Origin: a virus
IMG/VR virus record: IMGVR_UViG_3300012138_000001
DNA: 57,719 nt
Reading direction: 5' to 3' (one strand)
Shown here: piece after piece, positions 41,357 through 49,454 of the stretch
Layout of the letters: each line of letters starts with the position of its first letter
Position numbering within the stretch: position 1 is the first letter of the stretch
Position numbers and translations under genes: made by a program
Notes under the pieces: generated by a model
What the model saw: the letters and a program-made list of their open reading frames with translations, nothing else
The model's database searches: none
Told to the model about the DNA's origin: nothing

Positions 41357-41787
41357 AGATTATTCCCTCCTACCTTTCTTTTCCTTTCAATCTCCTCAAG
41401 CAATCCTGGATTTTCGTATATGTTTCCGATAATTTCAAGTTCACCCAGCCACGCATAAATTTCTCTGCCAAACCCTTCGGAATCCCACTCTATGAAAAAT
41501 CCACAACAAGAAAAAACGACTACCCCTGTGCAGAACTGCCGCCATGAGACGATATCACCCTCATATATTAAGTTTCCGCTTTTACTCTTCCGGTCGACAC
41601 ACTGCATGAATTCCAATTCTTCCATCAAAAACGGGTAAAATACACCTTTGCGCGTTACAGCTTCGTTGCCGACAAGACTAGTCATGTTTTTTAATGCTTC
41701 GAAGCTGATCATCTTCTCGGCCTCTTTGTCCCACGCCCTAAATTTAAATCTATCCATTCTCCCCATCCTTTCAAACTCATGCCGCAT
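41353..41787 (-). CDS. YopX-family protein
   Basis: FKFRAWDKE...IIGNIYENPGLLE; start may be ATG 41757. Confidence 0.85.
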   Translation of the reverse strand: MRHEFERMGRMDRFKFRAWDKEAEKMISFEALKNMTSLVGNEAVTRKGVFYPFLMEELEFMQCVDRKSKSGNLIYEGDIVSWRQFCTGVVVFSCCGFFIEWDSEGFGREIYAWLGELEIIGNIYENPGLLEEIERKRKVGGNNL

Positions 41788-42016
41788 TAAAGCTTGCGCA
41801 AATTACACCTTTTTCCATATTCTCCGCAGCTTCTCCGATATATTTGCATTGGACTTCATCCGGCATATTACACCATACAGAAACACAACATATAACCCCG
41901 CCCTCACTTTCCGGGTGCATCATTTTTGCTTCTTCTTCGTTTTCTGCGGCTACAACACAGGAATCGTATGTATCGTAATCGTCATTTACATCCTGAGATA
42001 ATAGATATAGTTTCAC
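41777..42016 (-). CDS. hypothetical protein (79 aa)
   Basis: Packed co-directional ORF. Confidence 0.6.
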   Translation of the reverse strand: MKLYLLSQDVNDDYDTYDSCVVAAENEEEAKMMHPESEGGVICCVSVWCNMPDEVQCKYIGEAAENMEKGVICASFNAA

Positions 42017-42212
42017 TCTCCCTACCCTCCCGCTCTAAAGGCTCAAACCCTATCGAGCCGCATATTTTACATGGCGCGGGATTTTCTATCGCGTGTTCGT
42101 GCTTAACAATATCACCGCACAAACTACACTTCCATTTCTTTGCCACCCATGGAGGCTGGTTTATTGCGTCCGGGAATCTCCCCATAAATCTGATCAAGTC
42201 ATGCTCATTCAT
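41982..42212 (-). CDS. small zinc-ribbon protein (76 aa)
   Basis: CSLCGD...CKICGS; trimmed to ATG 42212, an 8-nt overlap with the portal stop. Confidence 0.6.
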   Translation of the reverse strand: MNEHDLIRFMGRFPDAINQPPWVAKKWKCSLCGDIVKHEHAIENPAPCKICGSIGFEPLEREGRESETISIISGCK

Positions 42213-43770
42213 CGTTATCGCCCTCCCGCGCCAACCTCTCGTTTTCTTCCCGCAGCCTTGCAAGTTCCCGTTCTGCGCTCATGTCGGACATGGCTGCCTT
42301 GGCCTCACGTTCACGCCGCTGCTGCTCGATCTCGTGTGATTCTGTCGCCGGATTCCAGTTGTCAAGCGTCTCCTGAGATACACCGGTTGCCGCAAGTTTG
42401 ACCGTATCCTCAATGGCTTCTGATTCATTCACCATCATATCGCGATTGAGCGTGGCAATTAACTTGTACTGCGCCCACTGCTTGGCTGTACCAACACCCT
42501 TAAATTCTAACCAGATATCAAAAAAGTACTTGAGCTGCTGCATGAATACTTCAAATTCCGCTTCTAATCCGTCCGTGTAAGTGTCAAGCCCCTGGAATCG
42601 AAACTTAAGCGCGATTCCCGATGTGTCACTTGATGTATCGCTGTCGGTTGTCATGATCATCTGCGCAGCCTTGCGGATGTTTTTTTCTATGATCTTCAAT
42701 GCGGTTTCTGTGGCAATAATCTCCGGGCTGGCCTGCACATAATAAGCCTTACCGCCGGTTCCGATCGCAACAATGCGTGAGTTCTGCATAATGGCCCGTT
42801 GCGAGATCAGGGTGCCCAGCTCCGGTGAATAACCCTCAAGTGCAAGCACCGGCTCCAGGGCATCCATGATGGAATCCACCATCTTGCTCTGTAGCTTGTC
42901 ATAACTGTCTACAAGCTCCCTGATTGGATTAAGCGCCGGTAATTCATCCTCATTGCCCTTGAACGCAATGAACGGGGCTTTCCCCCATGATATCCCTATA
43001 CCTTCTTGATCCATGTGCGCCGTCGGTCCGGGACTGTCCGGGTCCGGTATTAACGCGCCCTGTCCCTTGTCAATATATCGCTCAACGATTTCCCTGTCCC
43101 AAAACTCAACCTTATTGACATCCTCCCGGTTTCCGTTGATGTAATGGACTTCAATGTAATCTCTGACCATTACATCAAGTATAGTATGCTCATTGTCCGA
43201 CCACTCCGGATACATCTGTTCAGATTCCATGTGCTGTATGGCAAGATCGCCAGTCTGGTCGATGGAGACATAGGCAAATCCAATGCCTTTATTGATGGCT
43301 CCCTGTTTACCTATTCTTCTGATTGTTTTTCTGCGCTCGGAAGTGAGATACTTTGTCCATTCTTCCTGGTAGATTGCTGCTTGGGGATCTTCAATCGGAT
43401 TACCGTTTTCGTCGGTAGTTTCCGGCAACGGGCTTTCTACGCTGATGGCGAACGGTTTTCCTAACGCGTAATTACTTTTTTCAGTAACGCTCTCATTCAA
43501 GAATGCCGATGGTATTTTAGCGTTCGACAGGGTTTTATTCTCGCCGTATCCCGGCAGGTCGCGCCGCTTCATGGCTATGGTTGTGTTCTCGACAAGGAAG
43601 TACTTTTCCGCATCAAGCATGTCCTTGATGGTCTGTGCGTCTTCGCCGTTGCGCCATTCGTTTAGGATAATGCGCGTGATATCTTTATTTGTCCGGCCGC
43701 GTCCGTAGAAGCGAATCCTTGCGTTTATCAAATCTGTTTCGGTCAATGTATCACCCCTTTCGCCCGTCAT
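42205..43770 (-). CDS. portal protein, SPP1 gp6-like (521 aa)
   Basis: Size, position after TerL, acidic C-terminal tail. Confidence 0.9.
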   Translation of the reverse strand: MTGERGDTLTETDLINARIRFYGRGRTNKDITRIILNEWRNGEDAQTIKDMLDAEKYFLVENTTIAMKRRDLPGYGENKTLSNAKIPSAFLNESVTEKSNYALGKPFAISVESPLPETTDENGNPIEDPQAAIYQEEWTKYLTSERRKTIRRIGKQGAINKGIGFAYVSIDQTGDLAIQHMESEQMYPEWSDNEHTILDVMVRDYIEVHYINGNREDVNKVEFWDREIVERYIDKGQGALIPDPDSPGPTAHMDQEGIGISWGKAPFIAFKGNEDELPALNPIRELVDSYDKLQSKMVDSIMDALEPVLALEGYSPELGTLISQRAIMQNSRIVAIGTGGKAYYVQASPEIIATETALKIIEKNIRKAAQMIMTTDSDTSSDTSGIALKFRFQGLDTYTDGLEAEFEVFMQQLKYFFDIWLEFKGVGTAKQWAQYKLIATLNRDMMVNESEAIEDTVKLAATGVSQETLDNWNPATESHEIEQQRREREAKAAMSDMSAERELARLREENERLAREGDNDE

Positions 43771-43881
43771 TTGTTAATAGTTCACAAAACCAAAAAGTGT
43801 TTTGCCGTGTTTTTTGATACCGGCACTGGCAAGATGCACAATTTTTCTACTTTGCTTTTTGCCGAAAATTCCTCGTGCGCG

Positions 43882-45075
43882 TTACGCGCTGTGCCATTGC
43901 TTGGCCTTATCCAATATTGTCTTACAAAAATATCGCGTATCATCCATATGATGATCGTTTTCTTTCACAGGAACATCTTCGTCTTGAATTTTTTCGTTCC
44001 ATGTGTATAGCCCAAATTCCCTTATCGTTTCCTTGCAACAATCGCATATTTTAATTTTGCCGGATTCCAGCAAGCTTCCGGTAAGTCGAATTCCATCAAG
44101 CACTGAATTGTCAGCGGGAATCACCGGTACATATCGCTGCCTTAGCTCTGCAATAAACGAAGCTGCTGACGGATCGACAATCATGGCTGTTATGGGCAGG
44201 TCGCCAACGAATTTTATATAGTCATCCGCAAACTGCCTGTCTGTGCGCTGTTTGCTTTGCTCCCGCCCCGAATAGTGGTACTCTTTAATTTTATACCAAA
44301 TTGCATTGTGAAGCCCCCACAACCCAAATGTTGTAGGGTTTTGAGTGCCGTAATCGCAGCTTACATAATATCTTGTGTATGCACGCTGCTCTGATGGGAC
44401 AACATTAATTTTCTCGTTGAACATATCGTATATTCTTCCGGTTGCCTGAACCCAAAGTCCCTTGATGAATCTATCATGAAAAACACCGAGATATTCCTTG
44501 CTTACCTGATCTATGTATTCCTGTGTCAAAGAAGGATTATCTTTCATGTCGAATTTAATATTTTTCAGACCGAGTTCATCTTTGCGATCAAGATAATCTG
44601 ATTTTACAAAATTCATAGGCGAATCAGGGTTAGTGGTGCCCAGGAAGCAGGCGTTCGGTGTTCTTAAACTTCCCATGCAGCGCACAAGGAATGGCCGGTT
44701 CCACAGTGTTAATTCGTCGCCGTAGATAAACTCTGCCGTGCTCCCTCGTATCTTTGCCTCTGCCGATATGTCATTACATCCCTCAAGCTCGATGCGTATT
44801 CCGCAAATACTGGCCTTCTTCTGGTTTAGGCTATACTTGAAATCCCTCCCGTATTGCAGTGCCAACGGTTCGAGCACATTGCGCTCCAGTGTTGTCAGAG
44901 TGCGTCCAACAAAGAATATAAGCCCTTGGTTAGTGTAATTATTTACAATATGTTCAATGGCTTTGTGATTGCATATAAATGTTTTCCCGGATGAAATAGC
45001 GCCCTCGCATATCGTCATTCTTGGCAATGGGGATATCATGAATTCAGCCTGTTTTTTACTTATCGAAATTATCAC
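43882..45075 (-). CDS. terL: terminase large subunit (PBSX/Terminase_3-like, 397 aa)
   Basis: Walker A-like EGAISSGKTF; overlaps the TerS stop by 20 nt. Confidence 0.9.
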   Translation of the reverse strand: MIISISKKQAEFMISPLPRMTICEGAISSGKTFICNHKAIEHIVNNYTNQGLIFFVGRTLTTLERNVLEPLALQYGRDFKYSLNQKKASICGIRIELEGCNDISAEAKIRGSTAEFIYGDELTLWNRPFLVRCMGSLRTPNACFLGTTNPDSPMNFVKSDYLDRKDELGLKNIKFDMKDNPSLTQEYIDQVSKEYLGVFHDRFIKGLWVQATGRIYDMFNEKINVVPSEQRAYTRYYVSCDYGTQNPTTFGLWGLHNAIWYKIKEYHYSGREQSKQRTDRQFADDYIKFVGDLPITAMIVDPSAASFIAELRQRYVPVIPADNSVLDGIRLTGSLLESGKIKICDCCKETIREFGLYTWNEKIQDEDVPVKENDHHMDDTRYFCKTILDKAKQWHSA

Positions 45076-45637
45076 TCACCACCTTAAACGTTTCCCTTAG
45101 AGCCTCTAAGCGGGAATTATCTTTATCCTGTTCGCGCTCTGCTAATCCTAAGATATCAGCCAGTTTATACAGGGCCGTATCCCGGCAATAGGTTTTGAAC
45201 TTGAATTGTCCGTTTGCTCCGATGGATACCTCTGAAACATTTTTCGTCTTTATTGTCCTGCTGTCTTTTAGCTCTACGATTGGTGCGTATCCTATTATTG
45301 GTTCTCCGGTTTCCCGGTCGATCCCTACTTGCGTTTTCTCTGTTCTGAAATCAAGATAATTTGATATATCGTCTTTTGCAATTGAGACAATCTCCGCAAG
45401 TACTTCTTTCGCTGTGATAATAGTATCGTTTTCGGCTTCCTGAATCAGCCTATCACGTAATTCATTATACCTTGTCCGTACCTTGTCTATCTTAAACAGT
45501 TTACACGCTTTTGCGTCAACCGCTGCATCAGGGGCCTTGCAAGAAGGATATGCAGCGCGGTATGCTTCACGCTGGCTTTTGCCCTCTATTAATCCAAGCA
45601 CAAATTTTTCTTGCTTTTCGGTTAAGTTTTTGGCCAA
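45056..45637 (-). CDS. terS: terminase small subunit (Terminase_2-like, TTG start)
   Basis: LTEKQEKFVLGLIEGKSQREAYRAAYPS; GGTGGTGAG before TTG 45637. Confidence 0.85.
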   Translation of the reverse strand: MAKNLTEKQEKFVLGLIEGKSQREAYRAAYPSCKAPDAAVDAKACKLFKIDKVRTRYNELRDRLIQEAENDTIITAKEVLAEIVSIAKDDISNYLDFRTEKTQVGIDRETGEPIIGYAPIVELKDSRTIKTKNVSEVSIGANGQFKFKTYCRDTALYKLADILGLAEREQDKDNSRLEALRETFKVVSDNFDK

Positions 45638-45771
45638 AATATCTCACCACCGTTTCGTATTTCAAATGCCATCTATTCGGATGCCTAAACCATATACTCA
45701 ATAAATCATTTGCGCTTGCCTCTTGCGCCGCTTGCCTACCTCATAAGAGGATACCCACCTATTTTCCCTCG

Positions 45772-45811
45772 CAAAAAGAGACACCTGCCGCGCTAAGCAA
45801 CAAATGTCTCT
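45772..45811 (-). terminator. rho-independent terminator inside the TerS-upstream gap
   Basis: AGAGACA/TGTCTCT stem (45777-45811) followed by TTTTT on the minus strand. Confidence 0.6.
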
Positions 45812-46075
45812 TCCAAAGGAGAGCGTCATAAAACAATCGGAACATCCGGACTTGAACCGGAATCCTGCAACCGCACCCGGTTGCTGTTCAACCGCTGTAT
45901 CTTTGTCGAACTATATTCACCCAGCGTAGTTTTTCCCTTGTTTTTGCACAAGGTCGGGTTGCGCTACCACCTGTCGTAAGCATCCTATTTATTCCTTTTG
46001 CGAAGACGTGGACAATAGGTTAAGAACATCGTCTTCTAATCAGCGACCGGGCTTTGACACCCGGAAGCCGTATAT
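45812..46075 (-). ncRNA. candidate structured RNA with a canonical tRNA-type T-arm (class unknown)
   Basis: No ORF; stacked hairpins at 46047-46064, 46003-46036, 45936-45953, 45867-45884; T-arm TCCGG-TTCAAGT-CCGGA at 45845-45861; terminator follows. Confidence 0.3.
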
Positions 46076-46156
46076 AAAATTGGAGAGGAGGGACCGGGAA
46101 TTTAGGAACATTATCAGGGAGTTAATATTGTTCCCATTATCGCTAATACAGTTATA

Positions 46157-46591
46157 TCACACTATGTCGCTCAATTTGAACCCATTTTTCAAAAGATGCA
46201 AATTAAAGTAAAATAATCGGCGATATCCGTTAAAATCCGTCTTCCCCACCGGTATGCGTCCGTAATCCTGATCGTATTCAACCATTTCATACGGTATGTT
46301 CTTGGTCACGCTCCTCAATATGTGTCTGTATATGCTTGGGTTTGCACGGATCGCCGCCTCTTCTATCAGCTGGCAGTCTCTTCGCAGTTCCTCGTTTTGG
46401 ATGGCTGCCCCTTCCGTCTGGTTGCTCACACCGGTTCCGCGCGGCATCCCGTCAAACTTCACGGCGGGTAGTCCGTATTTTATCTTTTTCTTCTTTTCCT
46501 CATACTGGCGGCAGAATGCTCGAAGTTCATCGTATCTGTCTTTTGAGATGCCATAGTCATCCCAATTAAGGTCGCGTACTCTTTTGTTCAT
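46157..46591 (-). CDS. hypothetical protein in the position of a late-gene activator (RinA/ArpU-type slot), 144 aa
   Basis: GGAGGTG 7 nt before ATG 46591; last gene before the packaging module; function inferred from position only. Confidence 0.65.
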   Translation of the reverse strand: MNKRVRDLNWDDYGISKDRYDELRAFCRQYEEKKKKIKYGLPAVKFDGMPRGTGVSNQTEGAAIQNEELRRDCQLIEEAAIRANPSIYRHILRSVTKNIPYEMVEYDQDYGRIPVGKTDFNGYRRLFYFNLHLLKNGFKLSDIV

Positions 46592-46596
46592 TGGCA

Positions 46597-46788
46597 TCAC
46601 CTCCCATCATGCTCTCCGCTCCACGCCCTCTTTTCTGCATCCACCGCAAGCAGTATCGCTGTGTTTGCGCGCTCTTCCGACATCCCGAAATCTTCTGTCA
46701 ATATAGCCCTTGTCCCTGCTATCATGGTTGTCAGAGCGAAAAGTATGCTTCTGGGTGTAGATTCTGTCATGCAATTATTCATCATCAT
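46597..46788 (-). CDS. hypothetical protein (about 61 aa)
   Basis: GAGGAGGG before the ATGATGATG start cluster. Confidence 0.55.
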   Translation of the reverse strand: MMMNNCMTESTPRSILFALTTMIAGTRAILTEDFGMSEERANTAILLAVDAEKRAWSGEHDGR

Positions 46789-46948
46789 CCCTCCTCGTAA
46801 TCACTTCCCCATACAATTTTCCGCCCAGCCGATACCGCCGATCCGGACACAACTCCGTGAAACAATACGGCGGCCATGTCTTCACCGGCGACCTCTCAAG
46901 CATGTCCATATATCCGGATCGGCGGGCGCTTCCGTCTTTCTTGTCCAT
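46781..46948 (-). CDS. hypothetical small protein (55 aa)
   Basis: AGGAGGGAACCCAAA before ATG 46948; below the track cutoff. Confidence 0.5.
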
Positions 46949-47005
46949 TTTGGGTTCCCTCCTGTGTCAATTTTTATTTTACCAATCAAGTTCCTGCCCG
47001 CAATT

Positions 47006-47233
47006 CTAGCAATGTATAATCTCTTCGTCGTTACCCACGCCGCCCATTAAGTCATAATCGCAGCTAGGGCAGTGTATTATCTCTCTATTGCAAGTATATA
47101 CAGGCTTTTGGGGTATCTGTTTTTCCATCGCCCTGACAGCTATTTGTTTCGCCTCTTTGGCTTCGCTGTAGTTTTTTGCATTAGTCCCGTCCCTCATAAT
47201 AGCTATGGCTTTTTTCGTGTTCATAATCATCAC
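47006..47233 (-). CDS. hypothetical Cys-containing protein (75 aa)
   Basis: CPSCDYD motif; ATGA overlap upstream. Confidence 0.65.
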   Translation of the reverse strand: MMIMNTKKAIAIMRDGTNAKNYSEAKEAKQIAVRAMEKQIPQKPVYTCNREIIHCPSCDYDLMGGVGNDEEIIHC

Positions 47234-47529
47234 TCCCTCCCGCTCTGGTATCCTTCTACAATCGCCACCAGCTCCTCAAATTCATCGTCTGCGCTTGAAA
47301 ATATGCCGTCACTGCAATACTCGCATATTGGGCATACATGACAGCCGGTATCCCTGCATATCTTTTTCGCTTTTCTGAAAAACTCCCTTGCTTCCATCTT
47401 CTTTGGTATCTGTCTTTTCAAGGCTTCTGCCGCCATATCAAATGCTTCTACAATATCATCAAAGCTTTCTCCTTGTTCCGGGATTGATGTTTTCCGGTTT
47501 ATTATCTCGATTGCCTTTTCTATCTTCAT
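47230..47529 (-). CDS. hypothetical Cys-cluster protein (99 aa)
   Basis: CRDTGCHVCPICEYC. Confidence 0.65.
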   Translation of the reverse strand: MKIEKAIEIINRKTSIPEQGESFDDIVEAFDMAAEALKRQIPKKMEAREFFRKAKKICRDTGCHVCPICEYCSDGIFSSADDEFEELVAIVEGYQSGRE

Positions 47530-47572
47530 ATCTTCCCTTCTTTCTCAAAAATATTAACCCAAGTTGATCTAA

Positions 47573-47827
47573 TTACAAACAATCCGATTGAATAAGTTCT
47601 AATAATGGGGCTTTTATATAATCGACCAGGTCAACATGTCCAACAACAACAAATTTGTCAGGCTCCTTTTTTATATGATCGCTATAATATTGGGCTTTAC
47701 GAAGTCTCTTTCCGTCAAAGCTGATCGCACTCGTATATTTACCCTCATTTTTGAGATAGACAAAATATCGTGTCGGATTTTCATCCCCCGCCCAATAGTT
47801 TCTGACAATATCGCCACACTTCATCAT
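47573..47827 (-). CDS. hypothetical protein (84 aa)
   Basis: AAGGTGGTG RBS. Confidence 0.65.
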   Translation of the reverse strand: MMKCGDIVRNYWAGDENPTRYFVYLKNEGKYTSAISFDGKRLRKAQYYSDHIKKEPDKFVVVGHVDLVDYIKAPLLELIQSDCL

Positions 47828-47853
47828 TTTTCACCACCTTCATCAAATTAAAT

Positions 47854-48294
47854 TTACTTGCCTTTCCTACGCCGCAATTCTTCCTTGAGCTGCTGGGTAG
47901 TATATTTATCCAGACCATTGAAACACGGGCGCTTAGCTGCCTTAGTGTCCTTTTTGGCCAGTTCTTTGTCAAAAGCTTGGTATAATGCATCTTTCTGCAT
48001 CTTTTCCAGCTTTTCCATCATGCTAGCCACGGTCTCTTGTCTTACCTGTTCTAATTTATTATGTTCTGCCTCATTTCTCGCAGCCGGCAAGAACTGAAAA
48101 CGCCACGCTTCGTCATGAATTACGATTATATTGCCATCCTCATTTATCGCCAGAACTTCCAAAAACCTCGGCTTTATCACACTGGTTTTAAGCGGAAAGT
48201 CCGTTCCTTCCGGCAGTTGTATGCACTGCAATGTAACCGCGTTTAATACTTTGTCGCCATGAATCACTTTGAATCTGCTTAGGTCAATGCCCAT
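47854..48294 (-). CDS. hypothetical protein (146 aa)
   Basis: AGGAGG RBS. Confidence 0.7.
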   Translation of the reverse strand: MGIDLSRFKVIHGDKVLNAVTLQCIQLPEGTDFPLKTSVIKPRFLEVLAINEDGNIIVIHDEAWRFQFLPAARNEAEHNKLEQVRQETVASMMEKLEKMQKDALYQAFDKELAKKDTKAAKRPCFNGLDKYTTQQLKEELRRRKGK

Positions 48295-48312
48295 TTTTCA
48301 TTCCTCCTAAAA

Positions 48313-48570
48313 TTAATTTTGTGCTACCGTATAACCATCAGACAATGCCGTTTCGTACAGCTTGATTACGTTATCATTTTTATCGGAATACCAAGGCCGC
48401 CCGAAAAGACTGTTTTCCGTTGATTCTGTCCCGAAAACCTTTTTGTACATTTCCGGGAAGGAGCTTGGTGCATTGTGGATATTGGCTATTTCCAGATCGC
48501 CGCCAAAATGCTGTCGCCTTTTGCGAAAGCGCTCCAGCTCCTCTGCTTCTTTTTCTGTTAGGAAAACCAT
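48313..48570 (-). CDS. hypothetical protein (85 aa)
   Basis: AGGAGGTG RBS. Confidence 0.65.
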   Translation of the reverse strand: MVFLTEKEAEELERFRKRRQHFGGDLEIANIHNAPSSFPEMYKKVFGTESTENSLFGRPWYSDKNDNVIKLYETALSDGYTVAQN

Positions 48571-48593
48571 TTTTCACACCTCCTAAATTTATT

Positions 48594-48785
48594 TTATTGC
48601 CCCGCCGGCACCACCCAGAATTCCCAACTATACCCGTCGCTGGTCCACGCCTGGAAGAACTCCTGATAAGGATCATACCGCACGTGGTCGATCTGGCGGG
48701 AACTGATCACGATGTCACGGTATAGCTCAGAGCTGATGGTGTGGTTGTTGCAGTCAAGCAGTGCTTGTATTTCGTGTGAGTACAT
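48594..48785 (-). CDS. hypothetical protein (63 aa)
   Basis: Trimmed to ATG 48785 (AAGGTG 7 nt upstream). Confidence 0.6.
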   Translation of the reverse strand: MYSHEIQALLDCNNHTISSELYRDIVISSRQIDHVRYDPYQEFFQAWTSDGYSWEFWVVPAGQ

Positions 48786-49386
48786 TTTTTTCACCTTCTG
48801 ACTGCTTCGCTTTGGTTTTTTCAAACACCCACAAATAACTATGGTTTTTCCGTGCATGCTTTTGATTGTGATGCACTTTCGGCGTTTTGGTATTTACGAG
48901 AACGAGCATGTCTTTTGCGTATAATCCCAAGTCTTCCGCCATGTCCTTGATCTCGATGTGGCTCCAATGCTGCTTACCTCCGTACACTTCGTCTTGACAT
49001 TTGACAAGGATGTAGCCGCCCGGCTTGATAACCCTGTAAAGCTCTTTCAAGCCGCCTCTGTACAAATCCATAATCCCGGCGTGGCTGCTGCTCTTTGATG
49101 TGTTATAACATTTAACCATATCGCCCAGCTCGGTCCTGGCGTAAGGTGGGTCTGAAACCCCGTGATCAAATATCTCATTTTCGTAAGGCAGATACCGGAA
49201 ATCGGTTCCTGTTTTTATATCGGTTCCCACAATTGTATATTTGCCCTGGTCAACTTCCCTCCAAAATGCCCCTCTACCGTATGTGACGTCTGCCACTGTA
49301 TCCCCGGCCCTGAAATAGAGATCAACCACCCTTGATAGCAGACCGGCATTATTCCCGGTATGTACTGTATATATTGCATCGTTCAT
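48754..49386 (-). CDS. small orphan DNA methyltransferase (N6-adenine/N4-cytosine type, 210 aa)
   Basis: Motif I-like VADVTYGRGAFW followed by motif IV SDPPY; no adjacent endonuclease. Confidence 0.85.
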   Translation of the reverse strand: MNDAIYTVHTGNNAGLLSRVVDLYFRAGDTVADVTYGRGAFWREVDQGKYTIVGTDIKTGTDFRYLPYENEIFDHGVSDPPYARTELGDMVKCYNTSKSSSHAGIMDLYRGGLKELYRVIKPGGYILVKCQDEVYGGKQHWSHIEIKDMAEDLGLYAKDMLVLVNTKTPKVHHNQKHARKNHSYLWVFEKTKAKQSEGEKNVLTRNTSTA

Positions 49387-49454
49387 TTTTCGTCAGGAGT
49401 AAAGAACGTTCTTTCCGCTGGCCAGCAAACCTCTTTTCCCCTTTTCTTTATTTG

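Noticed and set aside
41926-42401. Plus-strand ORFs 41926..42339 and 42093..42401
   Set aside because: They are antisense to the portal 3' end and the zinc-ribbon genes, have no RBS, and give Pro/Leu/Arg-rich shadow translations.
45838-45930. A complete tRNA gene ending at the T-arm at 45845-45861
   Set aside because: No D-arm or anticodon arm can be drawn in the 75-95 nt upstream, and the 7-nt complement of the would-be 3' acceptor strand (CGGAACA) is absent there. Only the T-arm is tRNA-like.
45812-46134. Canonical tmRNA (ssrA)
   Set aside because: The closing helix would give G3-C70 instead of the G3-U70 alanine identity pair, and G1 would be mismatched. The tag-like frame ends in AG rather than a hydrophobic (L/V)AA. 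Only about 57 nt separate the stop from the T-arm, which leaves no room for PK2-PK4. It is kept only as 'tmRNA-like/unknown' in the findings.
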